Source: Eledone cirrhosa (lineage: Eukaryota). From it: a stretch of 64,000 nucleotides of DNA. Each line of letters starts with the position of its first letter. The first letter of the stretch is position 1. This document shows positions 1-12,968 of this stretch, one piece after another. The notes beneath the pieces were generated by a model, which was not told the DNA's origin, searched no databases, and saw only the letters and a program-made list of their open reading frames with translations. The stretch is from NCBI GenBank assembly GCA_964016885.1, contig OZ024742.1, forward strand, positions 191,208,001 to 191,272,000, read 5' to 3'. A program made the position numbers and the translations under genes.

Positions 1-82
1 GTATTATTATTATTTTCACTCTTATCATGCTTATTTTTATATTCAAACTTCTAATAAGGCTTAATTTGTGTAGTTGTATTGT

Positions 83-123
<41 letters not shown>

Positions 124-465
124 ACATATATACATGTATATATTGTACCTTTTGATTTTTTAATTGTAATTTTAATGTTGGTAAAGGTATATTATTATAA
201 TGTATTATGTTATATTACATTGTGTTATATATAATTCCTGCTCTATATAACCACCTTTGTTTAGCTTTAGGTTAGTTGCTTTGGACTATATTTGTAATAT
301 GGTTCTTAATGTTATATACATCCTTAGTTATTCTTATTATATATTCTTATTATTTTTATTTTTATTTTTATTATATATTTTTGCAAGACTTTAGTGTATG
401 TACACTCCATATTCTTCGGAGCTTCCGGCTTGTATCTGTCGATATTACTTCTTGTTGTTTTAATT

Positions 466-503
466 GCCCTGATGAGTCCTTAATAGGACGAAACATTGTC
501 GGC
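466..503 (+). ncRNA. Minimal type-I hammerhead ribozyme, intact core, at a PLE-type 3' terminus
   Basis: GCC-CTGATGA(469-475)-GTCCT taat AGGAC-GAAA(490-493)-C att GTC(498-500)-GGC. Stem I GCC/GGC, 5-bp stem II, 2-bp stem III and a GUC cleavage triplet. AATAAA at 505-510, then (TA)n from ~552. Confidence 0.9.
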
Positions 504-548
504 TAATAAAAATGTTTGATGTATTAAAGGATTCTTTGTTTTACTCTC

Positions 549-624
<76 letters not shown>

Positions 625-1228
625 ATATGGTTATCTCATGGTTACAAATATTGATGTTCCATTTAGTCAATCAACGGAGCAGAATGCTAGTAAAATGAAC
701 ATCCAGCAGGTGTAAACCATCCATACATATTTTCAACGTTAACGTCATTCTCAGGGAGATTCGACGTTTTTTACCATCGAAACACATTGTGTAGATCGAA
801 TTTCACGTCCGTCTTTGGTAAATAACCTTTTCACAGAATAGCACGTAACGGTGTATTAATTAATACCTCATGATAGCGAAGCGAACACCTTACCCATTCT
901 GCCATTGTGTTTCTACATAAGCTACATTTTGCATATTTAAATACAGTGAACCTTTGCTAATTTCAAGGAACAAGGAACGTCAGTATTTGCGGAGCCAGTT
1001 CAGTATTAAGAATGAACAAATACTAAACTGCACTACGTTGGGTATGGAATATTGATTTTGGTTTATCGTGCACCTAATGCAATTGCTATATATTCCTGTG
1101 ATATCAGTAGATATCTCTACGAAACAACATACATACATACATATATATAAATATATATGCTTAGTACTACCCTTTCATATTTATAATTATATATAACACA
1201 TATATAAGTATAAATATTATTATTATTG

Positions 1229-1275
<47 letters not shown>

Positions 1276-1283
1276 CATACATA

Positions 1284-1386
<103 letters not shown>

Positions 1387-1451
1387 GTGTGCGTGTGTAG
1401 TTAAAAATGAACGAACAAAACATAGGAGGCAATGGTACACAGATATGTATG

Positions 1452-1489
<38 letters not shown>

Positions 1490-1624
1490 ATTTCTCTATC
1501 TTTTGTTTATAATTGTATTTCCACAATGATATTAAAATAAATATCTCTAAAATAAATATACTTCAACGACTTTGACGTTGCATATTTCAAACGAGATAAA
1601 AGAGAACAATGTACATATATATAT

Positions 1625-1659
<35 letters not shown>

Positions 1660-1726
1660 CTCTCTCAGTCTCTCTCGAACTATGCAGTGATAGCTTGATG
1701 AAATTATTTAGTGTTATTTGACACAT

Positions 1727-1772
<46 letters not shown>

Positions 1773-2159
1773 AACGTTTGCTCTTGCGCGCCTCATATAA
1801 TAAAGAGTTAAGATTTTTTAAATCATGATATGTATGACAAGTGGGAAAATAAATGATGTGAACTGCTTAAGTGTATTGAACAAGTTTCTGTGCTATAACT
1901 GACAATCATGCGATCCATTACACCAAATTGAAGTGGCTGTGTCCAGTCATAACATTAGCACTTAACGCCTTACTTTATAAACCACAACTGCTTAAGATAG
2001 TAGACAAGAAGATAAGTAACTAAGTATATTTAACGCCAACAGTAATTAAACAGTCAAAAACCATTACTTTAATCCAGTTAAACGATTATCGTATTAGCAT
2101 AGCTGAATAAACTTTTAATTTAATATACAATAAACTTAAATATTACATTTCAAAACACG

Positions 2160-2940
2160 ACTGCAGATGGAGAAATATAAGCAGAATTGCGTTTTGGGGG
2201 AGGCTTCGTTAGTTCTGTTTTAGTCAGAAAGTAAAGGTTAGTGATCATGATAATTTAATTTTCAAGACCTCCGTGAGGTATGTGAGGGAAGGAGTGATTA
2301 ATGTATCCTCAAATCCGTGACCTAACGCAAGAGCTTGCAATCGTGGAGTTAAATGTGGTGAGGTTACTGGGCCAGGTGATGTTGTTAAAGCAGGTGCTGG
2401 ATTAAGCCTACTATTTACGGGAATCGTACCACATATATACTAGTTACTGGAAAGCTGAAATACCCTTAGGATTTGTCCTCCGTCGAATTCGAAAATGAGT
2501 TCGATCAGTAAGCAGCCTTGCCCATGAAATAAAAGTGTGACTGTCTGTTCCATTAACACCTGAATCGTTAAAAGTTTCAGCATAACATAGAGGGGGACAT
2601 GGTTGGTCATTTGAATTACAGGTACAGTCTATCCGAAGGGCTTCCAAATAGTTTCCGTCTTTCCAATTCCCCTCTCAAGCTATATATCGACCTTGGATTT
2701 TGATAAATGATAATTGTCCAAGATAACGTCCTGCAGTGAGATCGAACCCGTGAAATGATGATTGCAAAGCGAACTTTGTAACTACGTAGCCATGCAATAT
2801 CCATTAAGCCAAATTGAAAATCTGACTTTTAGCACTTCTATATGCCTTACAGTAGAAGCTACAACTGTTTGAGATAATAGACAAGGAGGTAAGTAAAAAG
2901 GTATTTAAATTGAATAGCAATAAGACTGTCAAAAGCCATT
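2160..2940 (-). pseudogene. Coding-like segment with several in-frame stops; possible decayed secreted-protein gene, unidentified
   Basis: One minus frame reads WLLTVLLLFNLNTFLLTSLS...WILHGYVVTKFALQSSFHGFDLTAGRYLGQLSFIKIQGRYIA*EGNWKDGNYLEALRIDCTCNSNDQPCPPLCYAETF...; higher complexity than the flanks; includes ORF 2444-2647. Confidence 0.3.
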
Positions 2941-3089
2941 ACTATAAACCATTTATTTTAGTCATTATCGTATTAAAAACAACGGATTTAACTCTTCTGT
3001 ACATCGTTTCTATTTGTATTATTTTCTATCATACTGTTTTTATTTCACGCTCTCTTCTTCACCTACTTCACATTCCTTATCTTAGAAGA

Positions 3090-3285
3090 ATTGACGGAGG
3101 CATTAGAGCAACGGATAAAATGCCATGCAATATTTGTTCTAGCTCTTTACGTTCTGAGTTCAAATCCCGTTGATGTCCACATTGCCTTCCAGCCTTTCGA
3201 GATCAATAAAATCCGGTAAAGTACTCTCGTCAATATAAGCAACTTACCCCTCTAAGCAAGTTGTTAGCCCTGCGGCTAAATTATA
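3090..3285 (+). mobile_element. Decayed tRNA-type SINE (family A)
   Basis: B-box-like GAGTTCAAATCCC followed by ...TTGCCTTCCAGCCTTTCGAGATCAATAAAA, matching the many reverse-oriented copies elsewhere in the window. Confidence 0.7.
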
Positions 3286-3949
3286 AGACATGGTCTTACT
3301 GTGTTCAGTTAAAAGCCTATGGCCATGCTGTGTCTCAAGCTTAACAGGATTTATTCTACCATACAGGTCCCGGTATTTAAATTGTCAATGCGTGGTACAT
3401 ATATTTGCCAAACCGGCAAATTACCTTACATTGATACATACAAAGGTAAAGGCAGGTACATATGTCATTGTCAACCTCTCTACACAGAAATTCTTCAGTT
3501 TCATTCTACGAACTTTCACTCAGAAAGCATTAGTTAACCTGAGACTATATTAGCGAATACACTTGCCCAAGATGCAACTCTATCGGTCTGAACCCGACAT
3601 CACTAGGCTGTGAAGCGAACATTTTTATCATATATCGTACAGCCATATTTTTGTAGAATACATTTTCTGCATTTTTTACATCTTCAGTTTCTGTTACTTT
3701 TCAATCATTCTTTTCTCTTTTATCCTCTGTAACTCTGTATCTCACTCACCCCACCTATTCCTTTTAACCCTGTCTATGCTTGTCATTCCACTCTTCTGCT
3801 TTTCTCCCCCCCCCCCTCTAGTTCCATTTAAATGGCATTATTTAAACATTTCGTTTCCTCCGCAGCTATTACCTACTTGTATTCTTGTAACATATCCACA
3901 ATTAACTACCCTTATCACATTGTCATTATTTCTGCATTAGCATCGGTAG

Positions 3950-4620
3950 CTGTAGTTATAGGTTCAGTTGTTGTTGCTGTTGTAGTACTTTTCTGATAAC
4001 AGTAGCTCTACTCGCTGTTGTTGTTATTTTTGTTGCAGCAGGTGTAGTAGATTTTATTGCAGTAGTTGTTGCTGTTGTAGTATTCTTCTGGTAAATGATG
4101 CTCTACTTGCTGTTGTTGTCGTAGCAGCTGTAGTACATGTCATTGAAGTAGTTGTTGCTGTAACAGTAGCTCTTGTTTCTGTTGTAGTAGTAGATATAGT
4201 AGAAACAGTTATTACAAGTTGTTGTTGTTCTGGTAATAGTTCTACTAGCAGTAGTAGTAAAAAATAGTTTCAGGTTTGTTAACGGTATCTCTTATTACTA
4301 GTAGATTTTGTCGTCATTTAGGTTGAGTTTCGTTCCAGTTAATTACTACTCGGCATTTTAATACTCATCTATTGCAGCATTTTTGTATTGTTATTGATGT
4401 TGTTTTTCATGTTGGTTATTTCTGATTCTGCTCTTGTTGTTATTATGTTGTTGTTTTCTGATATCTTATTTGTCATTCCGGCTATATCTGATTCTACACG
4501 TTGTTGATATTCTTGATCATATTATATGTTTTAAGAATTAGTAATTCCATTAAACTCAGTCTCTTTTGATGTCGTCATTGTTGCTGTTCTGTGGTTGTTC
4601 TTATTGTTGTTGTAACATTA
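3950..4620. repeat. Degenerate (GTT/GTA)n low-complexity tract
   Basis: Imperfect GTT/GCT/GTA triplets; similar tracts at ~6630-7200, 43130-43390 and 52230-52550. Confidence 0.7.
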
Positions 4621-4652
4621 TCGCCTTTCAGTTTTTTTTTAATTGTAGCTGG

Positions 4653-4704
<52 letters not shown>

Positions 4705-4708
<4 letters not shown>

Positions 4709-4908
4709 AAATAAAGTGTGGTAAGAAACCACGTGGACCATAATGCACCAGAGTACTCGATACTTAGAGTAGTAGAGTGGGTAATAGCAAAAGACTCAGG
4801 GCCCCGACGGCTGAGCTCCGGTCGTTTCGACAACTAGATCCGAACAGTTCGTATCTAGCTGTCGAAACGGCCGGAGCTCAGCCGTCGGAGCCCTGACTCT
4901 TTTCCTAT
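4705..4908 (+). mobile_element. Short TA-embedded element with ~125-nt GC-rich hairpin (family with copies at ~20095, ~39980 and ~59590)
   Basis: 4784-4908 folds back (AAAAGACTCAGGGC..CCGACGGCTGAGCTCCGG / CCGGAGCTCAGCCGTCGG..GCCCTGACTCTTTT); flanked by (TA)n on both sides. Confidence 0.75.
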
Positions 4909-4922
4909 ATATATATATATAT

Positions 4923-5324
4923 ATATATTGGTAAACGGAATAGAAAATGCTGACAAATTGTTCACAGTTGAAAAATGGTTTAATTAGGAATAACAGAGTA
5001 TTAGTGATTGTATGGGTTAGTATTCAGTTGTGGTTTTAAGTTTTTAAGTTTTTACCGGTTGCGCATTTCTAAATGCTTTTCAAAAATAATTTTGAGATAG
5101 AGTGTCTGTGCTGTTTGCTCTGATCAGAGCAAACAGCACGGACACTCTATCTCAAAATTATTTTTGGAAAGCATTTAGAAATGCGCAACCGGTAAAAACT
5201 TAAAAACTTAAAACCACAACTGAATACTAACCCATACAATCACTAATACTCTTTTATTCCTAATTAAACCATTTTTCAACTGTGAACAATTTGTCAGCAT
5301 TTTCTATTCCGTTCACCAATATAT
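4923..5324. repeat. ~400-bp near-perfect palindrome with no spacer
   Basis: Centre TGATCA at 5121-5126; arms differ at only a few positions; TA tract on the left and shortly to the right. Confidence 0.95.
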
Positions 5325-5354
5325 AATAACTTGTGTGTTACACCTCTATTCTTT

Positions 5355-5405
<51 letters not shown>

Positions 5406-5542
5406 GTTATATAGTAAGGTGCATTATTGGTTGTGTAAAATGGTCCAATAACTTTATGTTAGCAATATTAAGTTCAACACGCTTTTGTATATCTCCAAAT
5501 CCATTCAAGGGAACAGCTAGATGATGTAAAACGGAGTATAAG

Positions 5543-5799
5543 TATCAAAATGAAAATCCGAAGGCAAGGTAAAATTCCAATCATTTAATCACGACACATG
5601 TTTCATATGAGGGAATGAATTCTGTGAGAGAACATCGTTATTTTCTCCCTCATATCAAGAATGTGAAGACAATTCATTTACACCTGATGAGATCAGTGAT
5701 AATCGATCATGGCTTCACAATCGATCTATCTCTTATTGAAACATGTGTCGTGATTAAATGATTGGAATTTTACCATGCCTTCGGATTTTCCTTTTGATA
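5543..5799. repeat. Fold-back element (~70-bp arms) containing a hammerhead core
   Basis: 5543-5610 is the reverse complement of ~5735-5799; ends at (TA)n. Confidence 0.85.
5681..5752 (+). ncRNA. Type-I hammerhead ribozyme motif with extended, irregular stem II
   Basis: CAC-CTGATGA(5684-5690)...GAAA(5738-5741)-CATGT-GTC-GTG. Stem I CAC/GTG, palindromic ACATGT in stem III, GUC triplet, ATTAAA downstream. Confidence 0.65.
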
Positions 5800-5945
5800 T
5801 ATATATATATATAAATGGTTTCTACTTTTGGCACAAGGCCACCAATTAACCAATGCATTACTGGTACTTTATTCTAGCGACCCCGTAACGATGAAAGACA
5901 AATTGATAATAAATAGGAACAAGGTGTCATGGTATCACCATTAAA

Positions 5946-5996
<51 letters not shown>

Positions 5997-7402
5997 TGTG
6001 TGCATGTATATATGTATATATATATATATGTATATATATGTGTGTGTGTGTGTGTGCGTATGCAGGCATATATAGATATTAAGAAATTCGTAATTACCTC
6101 AACGTCAGCTCTTTTAGAAAGTATTGTTTCTGTGGTTATTGTTATCGTTGTTATAATTATTACTGTTATGTATATCTTGAACGTCCCCTAATTGCCTTCA
6201 AACCATTCGATGTTATTGTTATTTTGTATTACTCTTATTGTTGTAGTTGCCTCTGTGAATACAATTATTCCTGTAGTTTTTCTCATTGTAACTTACCGTT
6301 GCCGCTGCAGTTGCTCCCCTTTTTCTTATTTTCTTTGTGTTTTCTCTTATCACAAATTCTGGTGCTGTTTCTTATGTATACTATGTATATGTTGTTTGTT
6401 AAGGTTTACTCATCTTCTGTTGTTTTTTTCTCACTTTTAATCATCCTGTTTGTATTTTTGTTTGGTAATGTTATATTATTTATAGCTGTTTAGGTAATTG
6501 TACTCATCTATTTTCTATTCACCAGGATGAGACCGCCCTGGCATCTCTTTAATCACTTACCTCCACTACTGATGCAGACTTTTTTTCTTTGTTTTTATCA
6601 AGGAGGTTGTTGTTGCTCTTAATTCTCTAACTGCTGATGATGCTGTTGTTGATTCCGTTTTTGTTACAAATATTGTTGTTATTCTTACAACAACGGTTTT
6701 TGGTTATGTGGGTGTTATCGTTGTTAATGATTTTAGTCATGTTGTTAGCTGTTGTTGTTACTAATATCGCTGCTGTTGTTAGTGTTGATGTTACAGGAAC
6801 TGTTGTTTTTATGCTATTTTCTTTAGGTATTGATTCTGTTGTGGTTGATGTTGTTATTGCTGTTGAAGCTAGAGCCCTTTTTGTTGTTAATGTTTCTATT
6901 GATGGTGTAGTTGATTGTATAGTTGTTGGTGTAGATGTTGGAGTAGATGTTGGTGTGAATGTTGGTGTAGTAGCTGTTATTCCTTGTTGCTACTGTGAAT
7001 ATCACTCTTTTATATTCTGTTGTTGTCGCTGTTAATATTGTTTTAGTTGCTGTTCCAGTTGTTGGTTTTATTATGATTGTTTGTTTTTGTATTAATGTTG
7101 ATGATCTTGTTGGTGTTATTGCTTTAGTTGTTACTAACTTTAAGTTTGTTATACATGTTGTTGTTGTAGTTGTTAGTAATATGTTGTTGTTGTTGATGCT
7201 ATCAATAAGAATTTTACAAGAATTAATTATAAAACAATGCTATGTAAAATAGAACAACAGAAACAAGGCACTCGTATTCCATAGGTTGTTGCATAAACCT
7301 ATTTCTTGCATTTTCAGTGATATTTAATGTAATACTTGCATAAAAAGGTGTTGATGCTTCCTTTTGTTTGTTACAGAAACTACATATTACAATTGTTGCT
7401 GA

Positions 7403-7590
<188 letters not shown>

Positions 7591-9533
7591 GTATTTGTCA
7601 TCGTTAAAATAATTTTAAAGAATTTTTTAATTGGCACCATTATTTTTTGTTGTTGTTGTCCATTTCATCTGAGCCTAAATTTTGGTATTGTATAATTACC
7701 CTTGCCGTATAAGGAATAGTATCATAAGCCTACTATAATGTTGCCCAGTAAGAAAAATAAATAAAATAGTTCAATTTTACAAAATTAAATTTAAATTGTG
7801 AAACAATGGTAGATCGTTAGATAGATTTTTTGAAAACAAACATGTCAGAATTATCGTATTATGTCCGTTTTACATGCTCTCATGGGGAGGAGAGGGCCTG
7901 ATGAATATTCCGGTGTCTGTTACAGGGTACATAACTCGACCACCACCAGGATGGGGCGTTAGTCCTTCCCACTATCAACATCCGGTTGCCATTGGAACTT
8001 ATTTTTACATGAGTGAATTGGAACAATGTGAAATATAATGTAACAACCCCCAAAACACATTGCATCACCCGCTCAATAAACTAGATGCACAGCCACATGA
8101 CTGGGAGCCCAAAAGTCTAACCACTGAGCGAGGCATTATCACCCAAGTGCATACAATGTTCAAGATAATTATTGGAAAATCTAATAAATTAATAGAATAT
8201 AGGTATAGGTCTGGTGCTATCAAGAAATTCGCTTCCTAACGTCGATGCCTCAGCTTCCGTCTCACTGCATGACACGACAGGCAATATGTCTTGTAATTAG
8301 CCCCGGATTAATCGACCCCTTATGAGTGATACTTAACAGTTGGAATCTTCGCTGAACCCTCTAATAGCTATCCAACCTAAGCGATTCTGAATAAACGTGG
8401 TCAGAGAAATTTATTATTTAAAAAAAAAGCTGTAAAAAACAATCTCTTGATATCCCTTACCGACTAAAAGCTCATCACCTATATAAGGGATAGGTATGGT
8501 TTTACATAGTACTTTATATATTGGTCTTGAACATAGGCAGTATTTTTTTTAATATGGGGGTTAGGGGCATTAATTGTATAATGTATACGATTTATTTAAT
8601 GCAATTCAATTGATATACCACCATTTTCTATGGAAAATGTTTCAATTGAATTATGAAACGCTGTGAAATGATGTTGCCATAATAGTCAGCGAAGAGCAAT
8701 GAAAACATAGATAGAAAAAGCTTACCGTCTTTTCCGCGGGATATCAGATGCCCTAATGTCAAGAAGAAATAATTAATCCCTTCCAATTCTTTGTATTTTA
8801 GCTATCTCAGCCTCCTCATAAACATTGATTTACAGAGGCACTTTGATACAAGTGTCCATAACATACCAGTTTATTTTATAGAACGTGCGGTGGCAAAATC
8901 AATTGACCGCATATGTTGCGAAACCAGTGTACGTGTCTGTTTCATAATGACTTTTAGTAAAATGTGTTTCTTTTCTATTGTTAAAGGAAATAGATTTCCT
9001 TTATCTATATCAAAACATGATCATTTCTATTACAAATTGTGTGGTACATGAGAGCAAAGTATTTATCTAAATACCATTATAAATTACATTTATATATTGC
9101 GTAATCGAATTGTCGTGAAGTGGTTGTTAAAAATTGTGTTAGTTCACTTGCAGACATTTTGACGATCGATCGAGGAAGAAAAAGGAAAATAAACATAACT
9201 TTATTGATTACAGACATGAAACTAATGTAAAAACAAGTAAGCTATACACATGACTATTTTGAATCAGTTTAATACCTCTTAACAACTGAAGTTCAATTTC
9301 TATCTTACACGAAGTTGCCTTACAGTGCACTACTAAACATATTACTGGAATAATAGTTTGATAGTTATTATATATACACACATATATACATGTCTGTGTA
9401 AACACACACATACGCAAATATATATGTCTCTCTGTCTGCCTGCCTCTCTCTTATATATTTCAATAATTTTGAAAACGATTATTGAAATGTGTTTCCTATT
9501 CAACAATGCTTCAAGGAAACTACAACACTCTGT

Positions 9534-9566
<33 letters not shown>

Positions 9567-10334
9567 TCGCTACTATCTACTCTCACCCCTCGTTCTTCCT
9601 CTCCCTTTCTCCCTATCACTTTCACTCATCCTCTCTGCCAGTCTTCTCTCTTCTTCTACCTAACTATTTCGTTACTATCTACTCTTACCCCACTTCTTCC
9701 TCTCCCTTTCTCCCTCTCATTTTCACTCATCCTCTCTCTCTCTGCTTGGCACCTCATTGTTTCCCTCGCCTGACCTTCTAGTAGGCCTTTTCTCACTTAC
9801 AACTTCTGGGTACAGACGTGTGTCTTTGCTGTCGCCCACACAGTCTTGAACTTAAGTTCTCTCATCGGGTGGTCTTGGATTTGCTTACCTTAAGTTGCTC
9901 GCACATTGCTCGGTTTATTGTTTTTTTTCGCTGTTTTTTCACTGTTTTCTCTTTTATTCCCTTTTGTTTTCCTTCCCTCCCTCCTCCGTTTTCCCAATAA
10001 CGTATCCAGTTGTTGAGGCTCTGGGCGGTAGATATCATGTCTTTAAAGCGTAAAATTATTCGAAACCCTCAATAGACAACTGATGAGGAAAACTCCCCCT
10101 CCCTGTTCTTGCTTTCTTCTTATTCCCACTCCATTTTAAGCTACCTTAAATAGCAACTACACAACCATTTCTATTCTCCATATATATATATATATATATA
10201 TACATTTATATATTAGGAAAATAAGAAAAAAAGTGGAAAATGGATAAACGAAAATGTGAACTTTTATATATATAATAATTGTTTCTACTTTAGGCACAAG
10301 GCCAGCAATTACCCAGTGCATTACTGGTACTTTA

Positions 10335-12420
10335 TATATATAATAATAATAATGAAAATATTGTGTACAGTGCTCAGCTGTTCTACAACTCATCAACAGT
10401 GTATTTATAGTACATAGGGTAATGTACAAACGTCAGGAAAATGAACAGTGCATGATATACACCTGTGTGCATGTGTATGGAAGGGGGATATCAGGTGTTT
10501 TGGCGAATTTCGGGAAGCATCAGGGTTTTAAAGGATGCAGTTTCTCGGCAGCTAACAACTGACGCAGGCAGTTTGTTCCATGCTTCAGCAACTCTAAGCG
10601 TGAAAAGATGTTTCCGAAAGTCATGGGAGCTGTGCTGCTTTCTGAATTTGTAGGCATGTCTACGTGCGTTAGACACATGGAGATCAAAAAGGTGCTCAGG
10701 GTTGTTGTTGGCAAGATGGTTAATAACTTTATGGATGTTTACCAAGTCCATTGCCAGACGTCGGAGCTTCAATGAATCCATGCCCAGGGAAGTAAGGCGT
10801 TCAGAGTATGGTAGGTCTCTGATGGGGGGTATGCGCTTGGTGGCACGTCTCTGAACAGTTTCTAGGAGGTCAATATTCTGAGCAAGATAGGGTTTCCACA
10901 CTGATGATGCAAATTCCAAGTGTGGCCGTACCATAGCTGTATAGAGCTTTAAATAGATGGCTGGAGAGCGGTTGACAAAGGTCTTGCTGAGTGATGCCAA
11001 GACACCCTCGGCCTTCTTGACAATTTTAGAGATCTGCTTTTTCCAATACAAATCGCTGCTGAAAGTAATGCCCAGGTCACGTTCACAAGAGGACTTCTTG
11101 ATATCAGTGTTGTGGAGGGAGAATGTGGACGCTGGATTTGTCCTCCCAAAATGCATGGTGGTACACTTGTCCACAGTTGCCAGTCTGTGATACATTGCTG
11201 CATTGTGTCCAGGTCTGATTGTAGGAAAGAGTTATAGATTTCAGGATCTGTCCTTTTGATTTCAAGGTACAGCTTGACGTCATCTGCATATTTCCGTACT
11301 GTAGCATTCTTTAAGTTGGCATCTATGTCATTATTGTATGCAGCAATCCAAAGGGCACCAACAACAGATCCATGTGGTACACCAGATGACATCTCATATG
11401 GTGAAGAAGGCTGTCCTAGAACCGTGACTACCCCTTTTCGGCTGAGGATGAAGGATTTCAACCGGTTAAAAAGATCATCCTTCACACACATTGAAGAGAG
11501 TTTCGCCAAAATACTTGTGTGTGGCACAGAATTAAAAGCCTTAGCGGAGTCAAGGTAAACAACATCTACCCATGAGCAGCTGTCTGTGATCCGGGTAATG
11601 TCTTCAAGGAACTCAATACGCTGATCACAGCAGCTGGAGTTAGGGATAAATCCAAATTGCGAGGGCCGGATGAGGCTGTGAGAGCTCTCTCTGACACAGG
11701 ATTCCATCAGTTTGGCAATACAGCTAGTAAGACTGACTGGACGATAGTTGACAGCTGAAGTGCACTTGCCCTTTGTGAACAGGAGAATCACACTGGCAGT
11801 TTTCCACTGCTCCGGAGTAGCACCATTGTTGAGACAGTATTGAAAGAAGAAAGAAAGCTGGTGCAAAAGGAAGTACTCGCCACGTTTGAGAAGCAGGTAT
11901 GTAACACCATCAAGACCAGGTGAGGCATAGTAGCGCTTATTCTTAAGGTGAAGTCGCAGCATTGCAGGTGTAAATTCCATAGTTGTTATGGAATTTGATG
12001 TTAGAGATGGTGGAGATGGTACATTCTGGTTTTCAAAAGTAAAAATGCTTGCATAGCACTCAGCAATGAGTTCTGCGCATTCTTTGGGATCGTCAGTGAT
12101 CTGGTTTATGTGGGGATTGCGAAGAGGACCAACTGGAGAGTGAGGTCTCTGCTTTGAATGTACATATCTCAAGAAAACCTTAATGTCAGGATTGGTTGCT
12201 AATGCACTGTTCAAATTCAAGTACTGCCTTTTTTATCACTTGCTTGAGATGGTTGCAAGATTTATTCCGCTTTTTTCTGTTGGCATCTGATTTATGCAGT
12301 TTATATTCCCGTTCAGCGTTCCGACGTTCTTTCCTGGCAAGTCGGACCGCTGAAGTTTCCCAAATTTCACTTTTGGGGTGTCTTTTTTTTGCTTATATGG
12401 CACTGATGCTGCACACGTTA
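10335..12420 (-). mobile_element. 5'-truncated CR1/L2-type LINE (RT and C-terminal domain), frameshifted
   Basis: ORF 10949-12220 has SPGLDG, NYRPVSLTSCIAKLME, QFGF, YLDSAKAFNSVPH, GVPHGSVVG and YADD. ORF 10491-11195 has RPHLEFASSVWKPY and LETVQRRATK. (ATT)n tail at ~10340-10353. Confidence 0.93.
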
Positions 12421-12674
12421 TCCATATTCAGTCCAGGATGCTCTGGAGTATATGTAAGCTATGATCTCTAATACCTTCTGCTAATTAATATACACCTTCA
12501 TTTTATTATATACTTTTTATCATATTTCCTGTAACACGAAGAAGCCGAAACAACTATCGGCAGAAATGTTACGATAAATTACTTTTTAAAAATGTTTTGC
12601 TGTTATTCTATGTGAAAATCCCATTAACAATTTCTACTTTTTTTCTTATTTTCCTAATATATATCAACTCGTGT

Positions 12675-12968
<294 letters not shown>

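Noticed and set aside
6637-7252. Val-rich hydrophobic ORFs resembling membrane proteins
   Set aside because: They arise from degenerate (GTT)n sequence; the same pattern recurs at 43097-43387 and 52194-52552.
8726-8940. Possible minus-strand exon with GTAAG donor at ~8721-8725
   Set aside because: All three frames contain stops and no recognisable motif.
10007-10095. CGAAAC...CTGATGAG permuted hammerhead candidate
   Set aside because: I could not build stems II and III or a cleavage triplet consistently; the pairing seen is a simple hairpin.
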